64,000 nucleotides of DNA. It comes from the human T2T-CHM13v2.0 reference genome, Homo sapiens. Position 1 is the stretch's first letter, and every line of letters begins with the position of its first letter. The notes under the pieces were generated by a model, which did no database searches, had not been told where the DNA came from, and worked only from the letters and a program-made list of their open reading frames with translations. The DNA is taken from NCBI RefSeq assembly GCF_009914755.1, contig NC_060927.1. One strand, written 5' to 3'. The position numbers and the translations under genes were made by a program. Of this stretch, positions 12,584 through 26,000 are shown one piece after another.

Positions 12584-15203
12584 CTAATGGCATAGAACAG
12601 CCACAAATATAAAAAGGAGGAAGGAGACTAACATTTAATGAGTGCCTTCTATGTGCCTGACACAGTTCTGACCTGTAGTTGCAGCATCTCACTTGGTATA
12701 TAAAGAAAAACCTACAGCTATTTCTGGGATCTTGGCCACAGAACCTCCTTATAGGTAAGAACATCTTTCTTTAAGTTGCTATTGATGTTTTTATAACTAA
12801 TCTACTTTAGCTAGGGCCATAGATTTGATTATCCTTTCTGTTGTGAACTGTGATGAGGAAAAGTTCTAGGACATGCTTTATAAACACCTCAAAAACCACA
12901 CTTGATGGCACCTTCTGATGTGGCATAATTCTTCTAAGAAGATCACATTCTTTATAAGTCTTTATCCCTAGGAAAAGTACTACTCTATAAAAAATCTGAC
13001 ACAGAATTTGTCTTTTTTCCCAAAGTGAGAGAGTAGAACAAGTAAGTCATCTGGTGGGTAGCTTTTGCTTTTCCTGACTTTCAAGCCAGAATCAATGAAC
13101 TGACAAGTAACACTTGGCATACAGACTTGGAAGAGAAGGTAGATTTAGGATTTAGAAAGCAGAGAAAGTCTTGTAAAATCCATGCCTGAGGAGAAGTTTA
13201 ATTTAGAATAAATGAAAGAAGTACAGCCCAATCTGAAGAAAAAGGAATGGGAAAAGATCTGAAACAGATACTCCTATCCTCATGGGTCTCTTAGTCTTGA
13301 GCTTGGATGTTATTAGTCAAAGGAAAGAGCCCTGGGAAAATTAGCCATGAAAGATATAAATAAGTATGAGGAGAAAACACATGTTTTGGCATGGGGGAAA
13401 ATAAAATAATACTGAGTGGAGGGTGGAGGGCTGGTTAAGAAGAGCAGAGTAGTCATGGAAAGTCAGGGCAATAATAGTCTGTTCATGTTGAAAGCAGGGT
13501 GTACATTCAGGATACTGAAAAAGGTAAGGAAACTCTTAGGGTATAAGTGGGATGTGACTGGAACCAAAAAGTGTAAACTACCTACATATAATGGTGCTGG
13601 AATTTTAAAAAATTTTCCTACTATTTTCTGAGTGATCGAGTCAGAGTCATAATATCATTACATGAGCTGGCATTCATACTTTAAGGAAGAATTGCTTAAT
13701 GGAGCTCTTCTCTTTTGTAGTTATACTATAATTAAGTACCATAAAATAAATAGACTATTATGCAGTCTTCACTTTTTGCCTATTTAAAGCTGGTAAATTA
13801 TGAGGTCTTGTGTTTTAGCCAATGACTACATACACACTGGTGCTCAATAAATACCTAGATGTCAAATGATTTGACACCTAGGCAATGGCAAAAGTTTCAC
13901 AGTATAGTAAAATTATTACTAACATAATTTAAAATGCTTCATTTTCCAGGTTGGTAGAACATATCAAGAGAAATAACTTGAGCTGAAAAAGAATGCAAAG
14001 TTTATTCTAACTAGAGAAAGTATTAAATATTAGCAAAGAACTTAAAAATCTCAGAATCAGTTCTGCTCTATTTGACTCTACCATTGTAAAGAGTTCTATG
14101 TATATTCTTTTTTTTTTTTTTTTTTTAAGTGTAAGTATGGACTTTATTTTTTTAAAAAAAAGTCTTTTGAGAACTACAAATTACAAAGTAAAAGCAGATC
14201 ACTACGTAGAAATCTAGTGAATACATTTTGCCTGTGCATGAAAAACTTTATCAAAGTTACTCATTTTAACAAATTCACCCCATTCACAACAATCAGTTAT
14301 AATGTTCTTTTTAAGGTTACTATACCTTTATTTCAAATTATATTACATGTTATTCCCGCAAAATGAACTTTTAAATGACAAACTTTTGGCTCATAAGAAT
14401 GGCACCTTCAAAAGGGGCGATTTCCACTCAGTCTCTGGTGGCATTATTCCAGGCTAGTTTCACCAGTTAAAAACCTTCAAAATGTTCACTTTTAACACAA
14501 AGTCTTCCCATAAAAAATGTGGCTACATTTTCCCCCCAATGACTACATACATAGATGGGTAGCAGCAAGAAAAGATGAAAATGAAAAGGCAGCCATTAAA
14601 ATAAATGGATCAATTGTATACCAAGAAGTATTTGGCTCATGGCAATTAAAAAATGGCAACTAGGGTATGTTAATAGCCAGAGGCTTGAGTCATTACTGAG
14701 TATGTTAAGAGAACGAAGCCAGTCCAGTATGACCGAGTAGGAATATATAATTGTCATTGCACTTCATTTGTTATAGCAAATACTCTAAGCCAATAGGAAA
14801 TCTAAGCTATATCTAGATTCCCAATTAGAACATGCTGACCTTTAACATTTTCAACAATTTTTACTGGGTTTAGTACATCAGTCATTTTCTTTACTCAAAC
14901 TCCATTACGAGTTCTTTCCTATCAATCTAAGTGTATTCTGTGCATAAAATACCTTAAATGTTAAGACTTTTCTAAGGTTCATTTGAAAATGGTTGTATGA
15001 AAAGAATACCCATTTGTTTTGCCTGGAAAGATACAAACTAAATGCAGAAGTTTCTCAAGGGGAAAAAGCTCAACTTTCTTCTTCCCACCACCTCTGCCAC
15101 ATTATGATTTCCTAAACTTTTCAAGTCTGTTCTCCATGGCTTCTCTAAGGATGAAAACCAGAGACCAAACAATTGAGCTTTAGGATATCTGGAGTTAAAA
15201 ATG

Positions 15204-15233
15204 CAAAACAAAACAAAACAAAACAAAACAAAA
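15204..15233. repeat. (CAAAA)6 within the retrocopy 3'UTR
   Basis: Read directly. Confidence 0.9.
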
Positions 15234-15784
15234 AGTTAACATGCAAGCAATGGTCCACGTACTCAAGATTCATGTTAAATGAATTCGATTATTACATATG
15301 GGTTTTTCATTGATGAGCAGGGCTCCGGGCATGCCATATTATCTCACAAATCATTGCCTTTTGAGACTCTGGATACTTTTCCAGTTTAATTTGCAAACAG
15401 AATTTTTATAACAAATTATTTTTTAACCAAATCATATCCTTAAAACTGTTTATAGAAAACCCAGGGAATAAAGTGAACTGTTCATTGTGGAAGGCCTTAA
15501 ATTACATTATTACAGTAGAAAATACAGGAGGTAGAAGATAACTGAAAAGACTAATGCAACATTAGATTCAAATCTATAGCTCCTGTAGCTACTTAAAACA
15601 TGGTTTTAGAAACTAAACCCAACATTTCCAGCAACCATAGAAACAGTTAAAATAAAATTTGCCATGAAAGCCCTTATATCATGCTTGATACAGGGAGGTA
15701 GGAAGATGTAAGAACCAGGACACATGAGACATGACATTTTATCTACAACTCCTGTTTGCTTTACTGAGGGTGTAGTTTCAAAAT

Positions 15785-16591
15785 TCAGTCACCTTCTTCA
15801 GCTTCAGATTCAGATTCTTCTTCAGCATTTTTGAGCCATTCTACAAACTTTTTCATTTGCTCAAGGAAAACACTCTTCCCCTTTGCAACATGTGCATCTT
15901 TATACCACTTCAAAATGGGCTCCTCGCTCAGGACTTCAGCTTTATAAAAAAGCACCACTATTTTCTGGAAGGCTTTCATGAAATGAATGTTGTCATAGCA
16001 ATACTCCTGAATCTTCAGTAACAGAGTCAGCTCAGACTGACCTTGAGTAGTAAAGGCAGCAAGTAGAGGGCTGTATTGCTTCAAGTGCTTGATGGCTTGC
16101 TCTGCTACAAGCTCCTCTTTTTTGTTCCATTCCACAGTGCTCATTACACTTGACCAGACTATTCCGATGACAACTGGCTCTGGGATGTTGTTTTTTTTCA
16201 TCTCCTCCTTGACATATAAAATTATATCCTTAAATGGATCACCACGGGACATCTGTTCTTGAAGTTCTTTCTGGAGCTCCTTACGAGCTCCGATGGTTTG
16301 CTGATTCCGAACATATTCTGAAAGCTCTTTCAAGCCTGCCTCAGTAAAATATTTTGTGAAGTGTTCAACACTTTGCTTATTGGCAGGAAAGAGTTCCATC
16401 AGTCTGTTATCCATGCTGACTTTCCGAAGACTTGCAGCTACTGCATTGATATCTTTTTCATTTATCCATGATTTAAAGAGCTTCACAGCAAAAGCTGCTG
16501 AAACTCCTTCTTTAACCAAATTTTCATTATAAAGGCTATTAAGAATGGATGCATTAAGTGTTCCATTAGCCAGAAGAACACCAGTCAACAT
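15785..16591 (-). CDS. BZW1: Intact 268-aa ORF inside the retrocopy = C-terminal part of BZW1 / eIF5-mimic protein 2 (end of MA3/HEAT region + W2 domain); translation unproven
   Basis: The translation [10 protein letters not shown]...[22 protein letters not shown] matches BZW1, including the W2 aromatic/acidic boxes (ILKWY, FVEWL). No stop or frameshift. Six BZW1 codons (S-E-R-N-K-L-A region) precede the ATG, then an in-frame TAG in the TSD. Confidence 0.6.
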   Translation of the reverse strand: MLTGVLLANGTLNASILNSLYNENLVKEGVSAAFAVKLFKSWINEKDINAVAASLRKVSMDNRLMELFPANKQSVEHFTKYFTEAGLKELSEYVRNQQTIGARKELQKELQEQMSRGDPFKDIILYVKEEMKKNNIPEPVVIGIVWSSVMSTVEWNKKEELVAEQAIKHLKQYSPLLAAFTTQGQSELTLLLKIQEYCYDNIHFMKAFQKIVVLFYKAEVLSEEPILKWYKDAHVAKGKSVFLEQMKKFVEWLKNAEEESESEAEEGD

Positions 16592-17959
16592 AGCTAGCTT
16601 GTTCCTCTCCGAGTTCTATGTATATTCTTACAGACCAAAAGGAAAGATTATCTGTCATGTAGGATACAAATCATGCTTACTCAGGAATGTTGTCTTAATA
16701 GTAAATCAGTAGAAATTGCTGCCTAGAAAAAGATATTATTCATTTTCAACAAGCTATCAATTGCAGGTAAGAACATATTTGTCTTATTAATATGTATAGT
16801 ACAAGTGTAATTCACCTCACCAAAGTATTTATGTCCTGCCCTAAACAAAAAGGGCATCCTTATCACATCCTTTCTGTTTAAAACACCATTTTTGGTTTCT
16901 TCATTACTTGTCTGGTCACCAAACCCATCCACCCATCCCTTATACTAATCAACTCTGAGTTTACATTGCCAGAGTGTTAGACCTTCTAAGTCTAACACCC
17001 TGGCCCATTTGTACCTAGATATATTACTCCTAATCTATTTTTTCACATGTCAACCCACTAAAGTTTATGTCTCCTTTCTTCCTTGGTAAGAATGAAATCT
17101 CAGGTTATGATGAATAGATCCAGGCTAAGCTATTAGGATCTGATAATGGAAGCTAATGCCACCCCTCTTAATTTTTTCAATAGGGAACATTTCCTTAACT
17201 GAAAGATGGAATTATAGGCAACTTTGCAAAAAAGTGCAGAACACTTTTTATTGCAGAAATTTATGAAAGAATATGTTCTTTCTCAAAGAAGGTACTTAAG
17301 GAACTGGGGGTGTTTCTCAAAGTGAAAGAGAGTCCAGTTATAAATTTGGGGCATAAAATATTTCTAACGAGTAGTGAAGGCAATGGTAGTTGTGCTTCAA
17401 TGTGACGTATTCTGTATCAACTTTGAAAGTAAACTCAGTGGTCATTCAGTTTAACCATTTTTGGTCTGAAATACTGGGTTTCTTCCTACATCTGTAAGCT
17501 AACTTATTAATGCATTAGTCCAAATATTTTTGCAGTTTTCTCATAGAAATGCACCCCAACAAGTGTTATTACTCTATAGTGTGAATAAAAGATATAGCAA
17601 GAGTAGATAATCTACTACAATTCTACTTTATCTTTTATCTGGCATCCCTGGCTATTTTCATTCATTCACTCATTTATTTATTCAATGGGCACTGACATCT
17701 CATTATATATTCAACATAGAGCTTTGTGCTGAATATAGAGGTTTTTTTTTTTTTTTTCCTACTATAGCTAATTTAAAGGCCAAAGTTCCAATAAGGGATG
17801 AATGTGTACATTGAAGGCGGTCATATAGTCACATGGGAGAGGAGCTAGTAAATAATAGCAAAGAGAGAGATTGTTTTTAGGTCATAGCAACAATACATAT
17901 TTTTAAAAAGATATAAATAAGATGGAGCAAGGAAATATCATTGAAAAAGAAATAGGACA

Positions 17960-18436
17960 TGTGATGATTAATTTTATGTGTCAGCTTGACTAAGCTAAGG
18001 ATGTCCAGATAGCTGGTAAAACATTATTTCTGGGTGTGGCTGTGAGAGTGTTTCCAGGAGAGATTAGCATTTGAATCAGTAGATGGAGTGAAACATATCA
18101 GACTCACCAAGATCATCCAGTTCATTCAGAGCCCACACAGAACAAAAAGATGAAGTAAAAGTGAATTTTCTCTTCTTGAGCCCCTCCCCACTTCCTATAT
18201 TGTGACTTACATCATTGGCCCTTCTGGTTATCAGGCCTTCAGGCTTGGACTGGAGCTACACCACCACCCTCCTAGCCTCCAGAGCCTGGAGAGAGCGGAC
18301 CATGGGACTTCTCAGCCTCTATAATTGCATAAGCCAATCCCTCATAATAAATTTATATAAATATATATATAAATATTAAATATATATATATTTATCCTAT
18401 ATATTTCTGTTTCTCTGGAGAACCTTGATTAATATA
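17960..18436 (+). mobile_element. MLT2B-like solo LTR (ERVL)
   Basis: tgtgatgattaattttatgtgtcagcttgac ... ctctggagaaccttgattaatata. 5-bp TSD ggaca on both sides. Confidence 0.92.
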
Positions 18437-20689
18437 GGACATTCATTCCCTAAGATATTATCGAGGTTAGACTTTTATCCCAAAATTCAGTATACACTTG
18501 GAGAAGAATGGATTTCTGCCATGATTGATTAGGAAATTTCTAAACATTCTACAAACACAAACATCTTTAGGAAGATTCCAACAATATTTTACTCAATCTG
18601 GGCTGTCCCGAGAATCTTGTTTATGTTTTGCTTCATTTGAGGCATCCTGTTAAACACAATATCATATGTGTGTGCTATTGATTCTCATACACAAATACAA
18701 AACAAATATATTTCTTTTGGCTTTAAGGAAGAGAATGAAAGAGAGCCTAAATGTGGGTAACAGAAGAGTCAGCATAAATTGGCAGCTAGTCAGATGAATC
18801 CAGTGAATTCTAGAAGAAGAGAACTCGATAAAGAGTGATTTCTCAAGTGTAAGTTAAGTCTAAACTGAAACTGAAGCAAGAAGACCAATAAGATGTATAT
18901 GTAATGACAAGTGACAAGTGATCACTATAACGATTTTCCTGGAATGGAGTCTTGCTAATCTCTCCTCTAAGTCTAATGCCAACTGTTCTGGCTCTTGTAA
19001 TGCTCTTTGAAATGATATGTATGTAAGCACAAGCAAGTGCATGTCAAGAAGGATTTTTCTAAAATGTTTCAAAAAAACCAAAACAACTACCGGTTAATCA
19101 TGGTTGGTATTTAGAGGAATGCTTACACTTTCATTGTAATTTTTATTTATGACTAAACAAATGTATTCAATATAGATAGGTGTTTTATGTGATACGGGTT
19201 GGTGGGTGGGGTGCCTCCAAAATAAAGCCACAAAGTACCCCTTTATCTCAGACTTAGAAAAATTTGCCTCTTGAGAGCAAAATCTATTATACTACAGATT
19301 GTATAAATGCCTTAAAACAACAAAAATAAGAACTGAACTCCATGTCCTCTTCTTAATCACTTTGAGGTCTTTTCTGGAATCAAGAGAAAAACGGTAAAAT
19401 AATACTTAATCCAATTATTCTGAACAAATGCTTCTCTTAGAGTCTCAAGACACAGTTGCTGTTTTGCTCACCTTGCTCTCATTACCTGACAAGTTATAGC
19501 GGGTCAAATATGTTTGACTGTGATCACATTTCCTGGCTTTCTTTCATTCCTTTTTCTTTATTATTAAGCGATCAGTTTTAGTCATTCAAGAGCCAGTTCA
19601 AATAATACCTTCTATGTGAAGCCTTCTTTGACACTCCACTCCCTAGTCAGAATCAATTTTTCCCTACTAAGAATTATCACAATACTTTCTTTATATTTCT
19701 CATCTTTCCACCTCTTGACTCGTTTCTCACCTCAGACTCCTTCCCACTCCCAGCATCAGGAAGTCAGAGATCATAAATTATTCTATCCCAAAGAGCCTAG
19801 AAAAGGGAGGGAGAGCTAGAAGAAGGGACTGAGGGAAGGAGAAAGGGTGAAGAAGAAGCATTAGTAATAACTGAGATGCACTGAACGCTCATGAATGCCA
19901 AAATATTATAGTAAGTATTTTGCATATTCACCTCATTTAATCAATTATTAGCTATGTGCCAAGAACCTTACATATACCATTGGGATCTTTTCGTTTGTTT
20001 GTTATTTGTTGCTTTATTATCTGTCTGCTCACATTTTAATTTTCCCAGAGGAAATATGACATTTTCAGAATTTGCTGGTCAGCATCTTCTGCTTCAAGCT
20101 TGGTGAAGGATTTCCATTCCAAGACATCTGTAACCTCTCCTTCCCCTAAATGCCACTTCTCTCAATGGATTCTAGATTTATATATCCCTTCTGAGGGTCT
20201 CCGCCTGGTGCTGACGTATGAAATATAGACTTCTCTGTTCTGGTCTTCACTTAGTAAAATGTTTATTTAACACCTCCCCTTTAAAGTATTTTCTCATTCA
20301 TAAATTATGCAAGCAAAATAGTCTTAATACCTCCTATGTGACTAGCAGTAAGAATAGCAGTGAAAAGATTAGAAAGAACTCTGAACTTGAAGTGAGATTA
20401 TCTGGGTTTGAGTTCCGCTTCAGCAAGTCAAATTAGAATGAGAATGAGGCAGTTACCTAGTCTTTATTATACTTAATTTTTATTTGAAAATGTGGAGATA
20501 ATATAAATCTACCAGGTGAATATTTTCTGAAGACAAAATGATATAAAAGATGTGAAAATCCATTGTATACTTCAAAATTGATTGTATATGGAATGGGGTA
20601 ATTATTGATAATATTATTTTACATACAATCCAAAGAGGTGCCTCATTATTAATCAAATATTTATGGTCAAAACAAAATAACATATACCA

Positions 20690-20880
20690 TTATTTTTTAA
20701 TCCTCACAGCAACTCTTTACATTCAGTTATCAATATCACCATTTTATGAACAATGAAAGGAAGAATCAAAGAGGTTAAATAACTGCCCAAATTCATCCAA
20801 TCAGCAAGTTAGTAAAAGGATATAAAGCCAAGTCAGAAAGATTTCAAAGCCCATGATCTAAACAGCCATGCAACACTATT
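20690..20880 (-). mobile_element. MIR
   Basis: ttaatcctcacagcaact ... agaggttaaataactgcccaa. Confidence 0.6.
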
Positions 20881-22681
20881 AATTTGTGGAGTTTTGAGGA
20901 ATTTGGGAGATGTAATCTGATTGTTAATAGTACATGCTCTTAGGATAAATGATGATGGGAACAGGTAGGATAAACTGCATAAACCTGGAGACTGAAGTGA
21001 TAAACTGCAGAAAAATTAGAGAAGATGATGCATAGGCAGTGACAAGATGGAGAGGATACTCACGTGTGTGATAATAGATAATAACCCTGGGCTATGGAGT
21101 ATGACTCAGGATTTATTCTGGTACAAAGCTTAGTTCCAAGCGAGACATAATTTCACTTTTTTAATTACACCCATCAGAACGCTGGTTAACTCCAGGTATA
21201 AGCCTTCTCTCATGTGGATCGACAATAGGAAGCAGTACCAGAATCTCCAAGGCCAGCTTGTGAAATTTCTTTGGGCTTCATCAAGCCAAAAGAAAAGCCT
21301 AGGGTCACTGAAATGTCTTCTTGTAGCTTACTCTATGCATCCTGCTAATACCTGGCCAGACCAAAAACCCATCCTCCATAAAGAGTGCTTGTTCATGGAT
21401 GAATAGAAGGTCTGACACAATGGCCCACAATCTAAATGGCTTTCAGCTCCTTCCCCAGAGACAGCATCAGAAATAGGGCTGTCAATCACAGAAGAGCACT
21501 CTGGGGTGAAAGATGCCAGCCCTTAGTGAGGTAAAGCACTCTTGTTTGGGGAAGAGTTTCTTAGAATGACTTTTGGTATGCGATGTTCCAATCTAAGAGT
21601 TTCTAACTATGAAGACGCCTGTCTTTCTTCAAATCTTAGTTCATACTTCCCTAGAAGGTAATTATGTCATATAACACCTACAACCAAAACAACACATGAA
21701 ACAACAGTAAGAACAACAGCAGCCACAGCTAACACTTATTGAGCAATTAGCATGATCTAGGAACTCTTTTATGTGATTCATTTCAATTAACTCATGTAAT
21801 ACAGATAACCACATACAGATGTGGGTATATAAATACAGATATAAATATTATATAGCTCAAACTCACCTTAATCCTCATATATTATCTACATCCAAATTAT
21901 CCAGTTATCAGATAGAATTGAAGAAACCTGAATCCAGGAGCCTACAGGTTCCAGGTCTGGGGGCATCTTTGTCTATAATTATGTGACAAAACCTCGTGGG
22001 GAATTGGAGCAAAACTTTTAGAGTCTTTCTAACATTGGATTGTGGGAGGAACTGGTTCACTTTAGGGAATGTCACTTCACATGGGTAATTTGAGATCATA
22101 AAATTCAAGATAAACAATCAAAAATAAGTTTTAAGGGGAATTATTGTTGGTAGAGAGATACTAGATTATAATCATCACTTTATGCTGGGGAATACTTGGG
22201 AGGATTTTAAAATACAGAAGAGAAATTATAAATAAAGGGGGTTGTAAATAGGAGCAAAATTGCTACAATAATTCGACATGCACAAAGAGTTTCTGGTAGC
22301 TAAATAAAATATTTTATTGGCTTCTCACCCATTCACCAACAAATATCTCTTCTATATAACATCCCTATTTCCAAATGAGTCATCTAAATACACTGATTCA
22401 CATTCAGGTAGGAAAACATGTTCCTTGGATTCAGACACCAAGGGTCCAATATTTTGGACGGAGCTCAGGAGGAAATGATGCAACACTTGCTTGTTATATT
22501 GGCAAGGTCTCTTTGCAACCCCAATAAAAAGTCATTTGTGCCAATGTTAGTCTTTTAATTTCCCTATCAATACACAGCATAACATATGTTGCAAATTGTT
22601 ACCCTCACTCTCCAAATATCAACTAATATCGCCTGATGTCATATCTATTTACCTCATGCCTATGAAAGTTCTAATACACTT

Positions 22682-23051
22682 CTGACCAGTCTGTGCTCAC
22701 ATTGCTGTAAGGAAATACCCAAGATCAGGTAATTTATAAAGGAAAGAGGTTTAATTAACTAACAGTTCCACATAGCTAAGAAGGTCTCAGGAAACTTATA
22801 ATCATAGCAGAAAGCAAAGGGGAAGAAAGGCACCTTCTTCACAGGACAGCAGAAGGAAGTGCAAGCAGGGTAAATGCCAGACACCTAGAAAACCATCAGA
22901 TCTCGTGAGACTCACTATCACGAGAACAGCATTGGGAAAACTGCCCCCATGATTCAATTACCTCCACCTGGTCCTGCCCTTGACACATGGAGATTATGGG
23001 GATTATAATTCAAGATGAGACTTTGGGTGGGGACACAGCCAAACCATATTA
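22682..23051 (-). mobile_element. MSTA/THE1D-like solo LTR (MaLR)
   Basis: ggtaatttataaaggaaagaggtttaatt ... tttgggtggggacacagccaaaccata. Confidence 0.88.
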
Positions 23052-26000
23052 CCATCTGTTATTTATACTAAGATCAGCTTCACTCATTAGACATACTTTC
23101 TAGTCTATGGATGCCTACTTGCAGGTTGGCCAATGAGGTACTCTAGATCAATAGTTTTTTGTGGGTTTTTTTTCTAGCTTAATAGTTTTTGAGAAGAAAA
23201 TACAATAATACAGAAATAAAGTTAGACTATGAGCTCATGTGTGTAGATTTTGCTTCCTGCTGCTTCAACAAAACTCTACATATAGACAAGCCATTAGAGA
23301 AAAGAAGGTAATACTAGAAATATATTGATGCATATTTGCATGAAACACAAGAGACTTTCATCTGTTTGGTCATTATATCAAGATCTTACATGGAAGTAAT
23401 TTTTGTTTAATTCTGTGTGTGTATATATATGTATGTGATATATAGGTATATGCATGCATGCACATAAACATATCTATGCATAAAATATATATGTGTATCT
23501 TTTTTAATATTTACAAAACTTAATCTGGTTGGTGGATAGCTAGAAATTGCTGAAAAGGGGAGAGATAATTTCACTTATTACAATCCTGGGTTTTAAAAAA
23601 TGACTTCTAGAAGAAATAAAATATTTTAAATTTTGACATGGGATGATGCCACTACTCTACAGTAATACTTTTAGGTGTTATGTATTATTTGAAGGAAAAG
23701 AGATCTTCAGTGTCTGAATTCACAATGGCAACATGCCTTTCTATATGTATAATAATTCAAGAAGTGTAGGATATCAAATGAGTTCAAGGACCAGGGGACT
23801 GGGTTGACAGCTGTCATTTCCAGTTGTTTCAACCAAAACCCTATTTAAATCCCCAAATGCAACTTAGCTTTTCCACATTCTATTTTTTAATTTGTAAATT
23901 GGGATTTAAAGTGTTTAACCTCTTTGGAGCATATTAAACAATTTCCAGTGACATTAGACCACAGTAATTAGTATTTGTAAAGAGATTTGGGATTCTGGAT
24001 GAAAGCAGTTATAAAAGTGCAGAATACTAGAATTTCTGTGTATCAAGAATCAACTTTAAACAAAACAGAGATAGAATAACCTAAGAGGAATCAAAGAATC
24101 ATAGCTACATAAACCCTTCAATTTAACAACAACAATAATATTTTTGCTGGTTTTAAAGCAGTATTTACTTTAGCAAATATTTTTTAAAATGTCAAATATA
24201 TTAAGTCAACATTTTTGTAGATAGATACATGTGGGCTTTTTCTTTTTCTTCCCTGAAAGATGGGATTAGGCTGAGCAGTGGTAGCTGTCAGAAGCTCAAA
24301 CTCCCTGCCTCCCAGAATGGGTACTTGTAATTAAAAGCTTAGCTCACCTTATCCTTCCAGTTTCCCAGGCGAAAAGTCAAAGCCTGCATTTAATTGCATA
24401 TATATGTGTGCATGTTTCTAAAACAAAAGCTCCAAAGAGAGCCAGTGCTTTGGAGGAAAAAGGACAATACACAGATAAATAGTTGACACAGAATCAAAAA
24501 TAGAGAGAAACAGAAAAGGGGATAATGAAACAACAGAAATGCAGCACTTAGTTCCCCTTTGGTTTGTTACCACTTAGAATAGGAAGTACTTGTTTACCAT
24601 TTCTACTTAGACAAGCAACAACAAAAACAACAACAACAAAACAAATATGCTATATTTGCCTGAAGATTTGCCAGAAACATATCCTATTTTTTGGTTGGTG
24701 TATTTAATCACAGTTCTGTCAGAACATGGATTGGAATGTGACAGCACCATTCTGTTGAGGGAAAGTCAGCATCAACTATGTTCAGTGGAGCCAATCTGGG
24801 CGATAGAAGTGAGGTTGGGTGGATTATTGGAAAGGTGGTCATTCAGGAATCAAGACTCTGACCAGTGTACAGAGAAAACAGGATGCAGATCTCAGGAACT
24901 CAGGACCCAGGGCCAGATCAAAGTGTTTGTTTAAGCAGAGAAAGGACAACAAGAAATAGAGCTTCTAGCAGCAACTAATAAGCAGGGGGAAAGAGGCAGG
25001 GGCATGGTAGTCATAATCATGGGAAACTGGAAATCACATAGAGAAAAATTCAGTGTCTGAGATGATCGTATATAGAGCCTGTAATACTCACTGGGTAAGA
25101 AAAAGTCTTTTGACTGGATACAGAGACCATATCATGAAAATATTTAGCAAATTGTACCCAATGATGAGTCCTGCCCTGGGCTGGGGCTGAAAAACAAAGC
25201 TGGAGGATTATAGTTCAAAAAGGGAGTTAAGAATTATCTAGGCTCACCGTGCCCCATGCAAAGTAGGTTTTTATGAAGCTACTGCTTAATAAGGATAAAT
25301 GAATCTTCTTTGTATACAGATGAAGCAACTATGTCTCAAATAGGGGAAATAACTGTCAAAGTTAAAATGTTAGAGCATAGTCACAACTAGAGTCCAGCTT
25401 TCTCCCAAGGTTAGAACACTTAGCCCTTCATTCAGTCACCTAACCCTAGAGAGCAGTATGAAGATTTCCTGGAGCTGAGGGCTAAGTAAGGCCTGGTTTT
25501 GAGGTCACCTGGGGGGCAGCAAGCCAAGGCTTTTATGAGCTGTTACTGAACGTACACTAAAAAGACAAAGCAGTCACCCTTTGTACTGAGATGATGGTGA
25601 AAAATGCTTTGGTCATTATTAATTGTAGGGTGGTAGGACTTTCTATGGTACAGATTTGGAAAAGGTGTTGTTCAAGAAACTAAACTGCTGAAAAAAGCAT
25701 AAGGTTTTAAAAACACTAGTATCTAGGGGCCACTGAGATGAAATGTGCCTGTGGAAACCAGAGCTACAGAACACTAATTCTTCCCTGAAATAAGTGAACA
25801 GCCCAAATTGGCCTCCCCAAATGGATATTTTAATTTCCTTTTTTGCTTCTCAGAGTTCATGTAATCCTTAGAGATCTGGCCTGATTGACCTCTGGTAAAA
25901 TTGCTGAAGTAAGTCACCTATTTCCCATCTCAAGGTCTCAACTCTTTCCCAAATATTCATCCTGCTCAGTCCCCCACTCAGACTGCAGCAATTAATTCCT

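Larger units (their letters stand above)
14110..16610 (-). pseudogene. BZW1P2: Processed (retrotransposed), 5'-truncated copy of BZW1 mRNA: partial CDS + long 3'UTR + poly(A); possibly the locus catalogued as BZW1P2
   Basis: Intronless BZW1 coding sequence. T-run at 14108-14126 (poly-A on minus). AATAAA on minus at 14143-14148. Identical 19-bp TSD gagttctatgtatattctt at 14091-14109 and 16611-16629. The P2 name is recalled and cannot be verified here. Confidence 0.93.
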
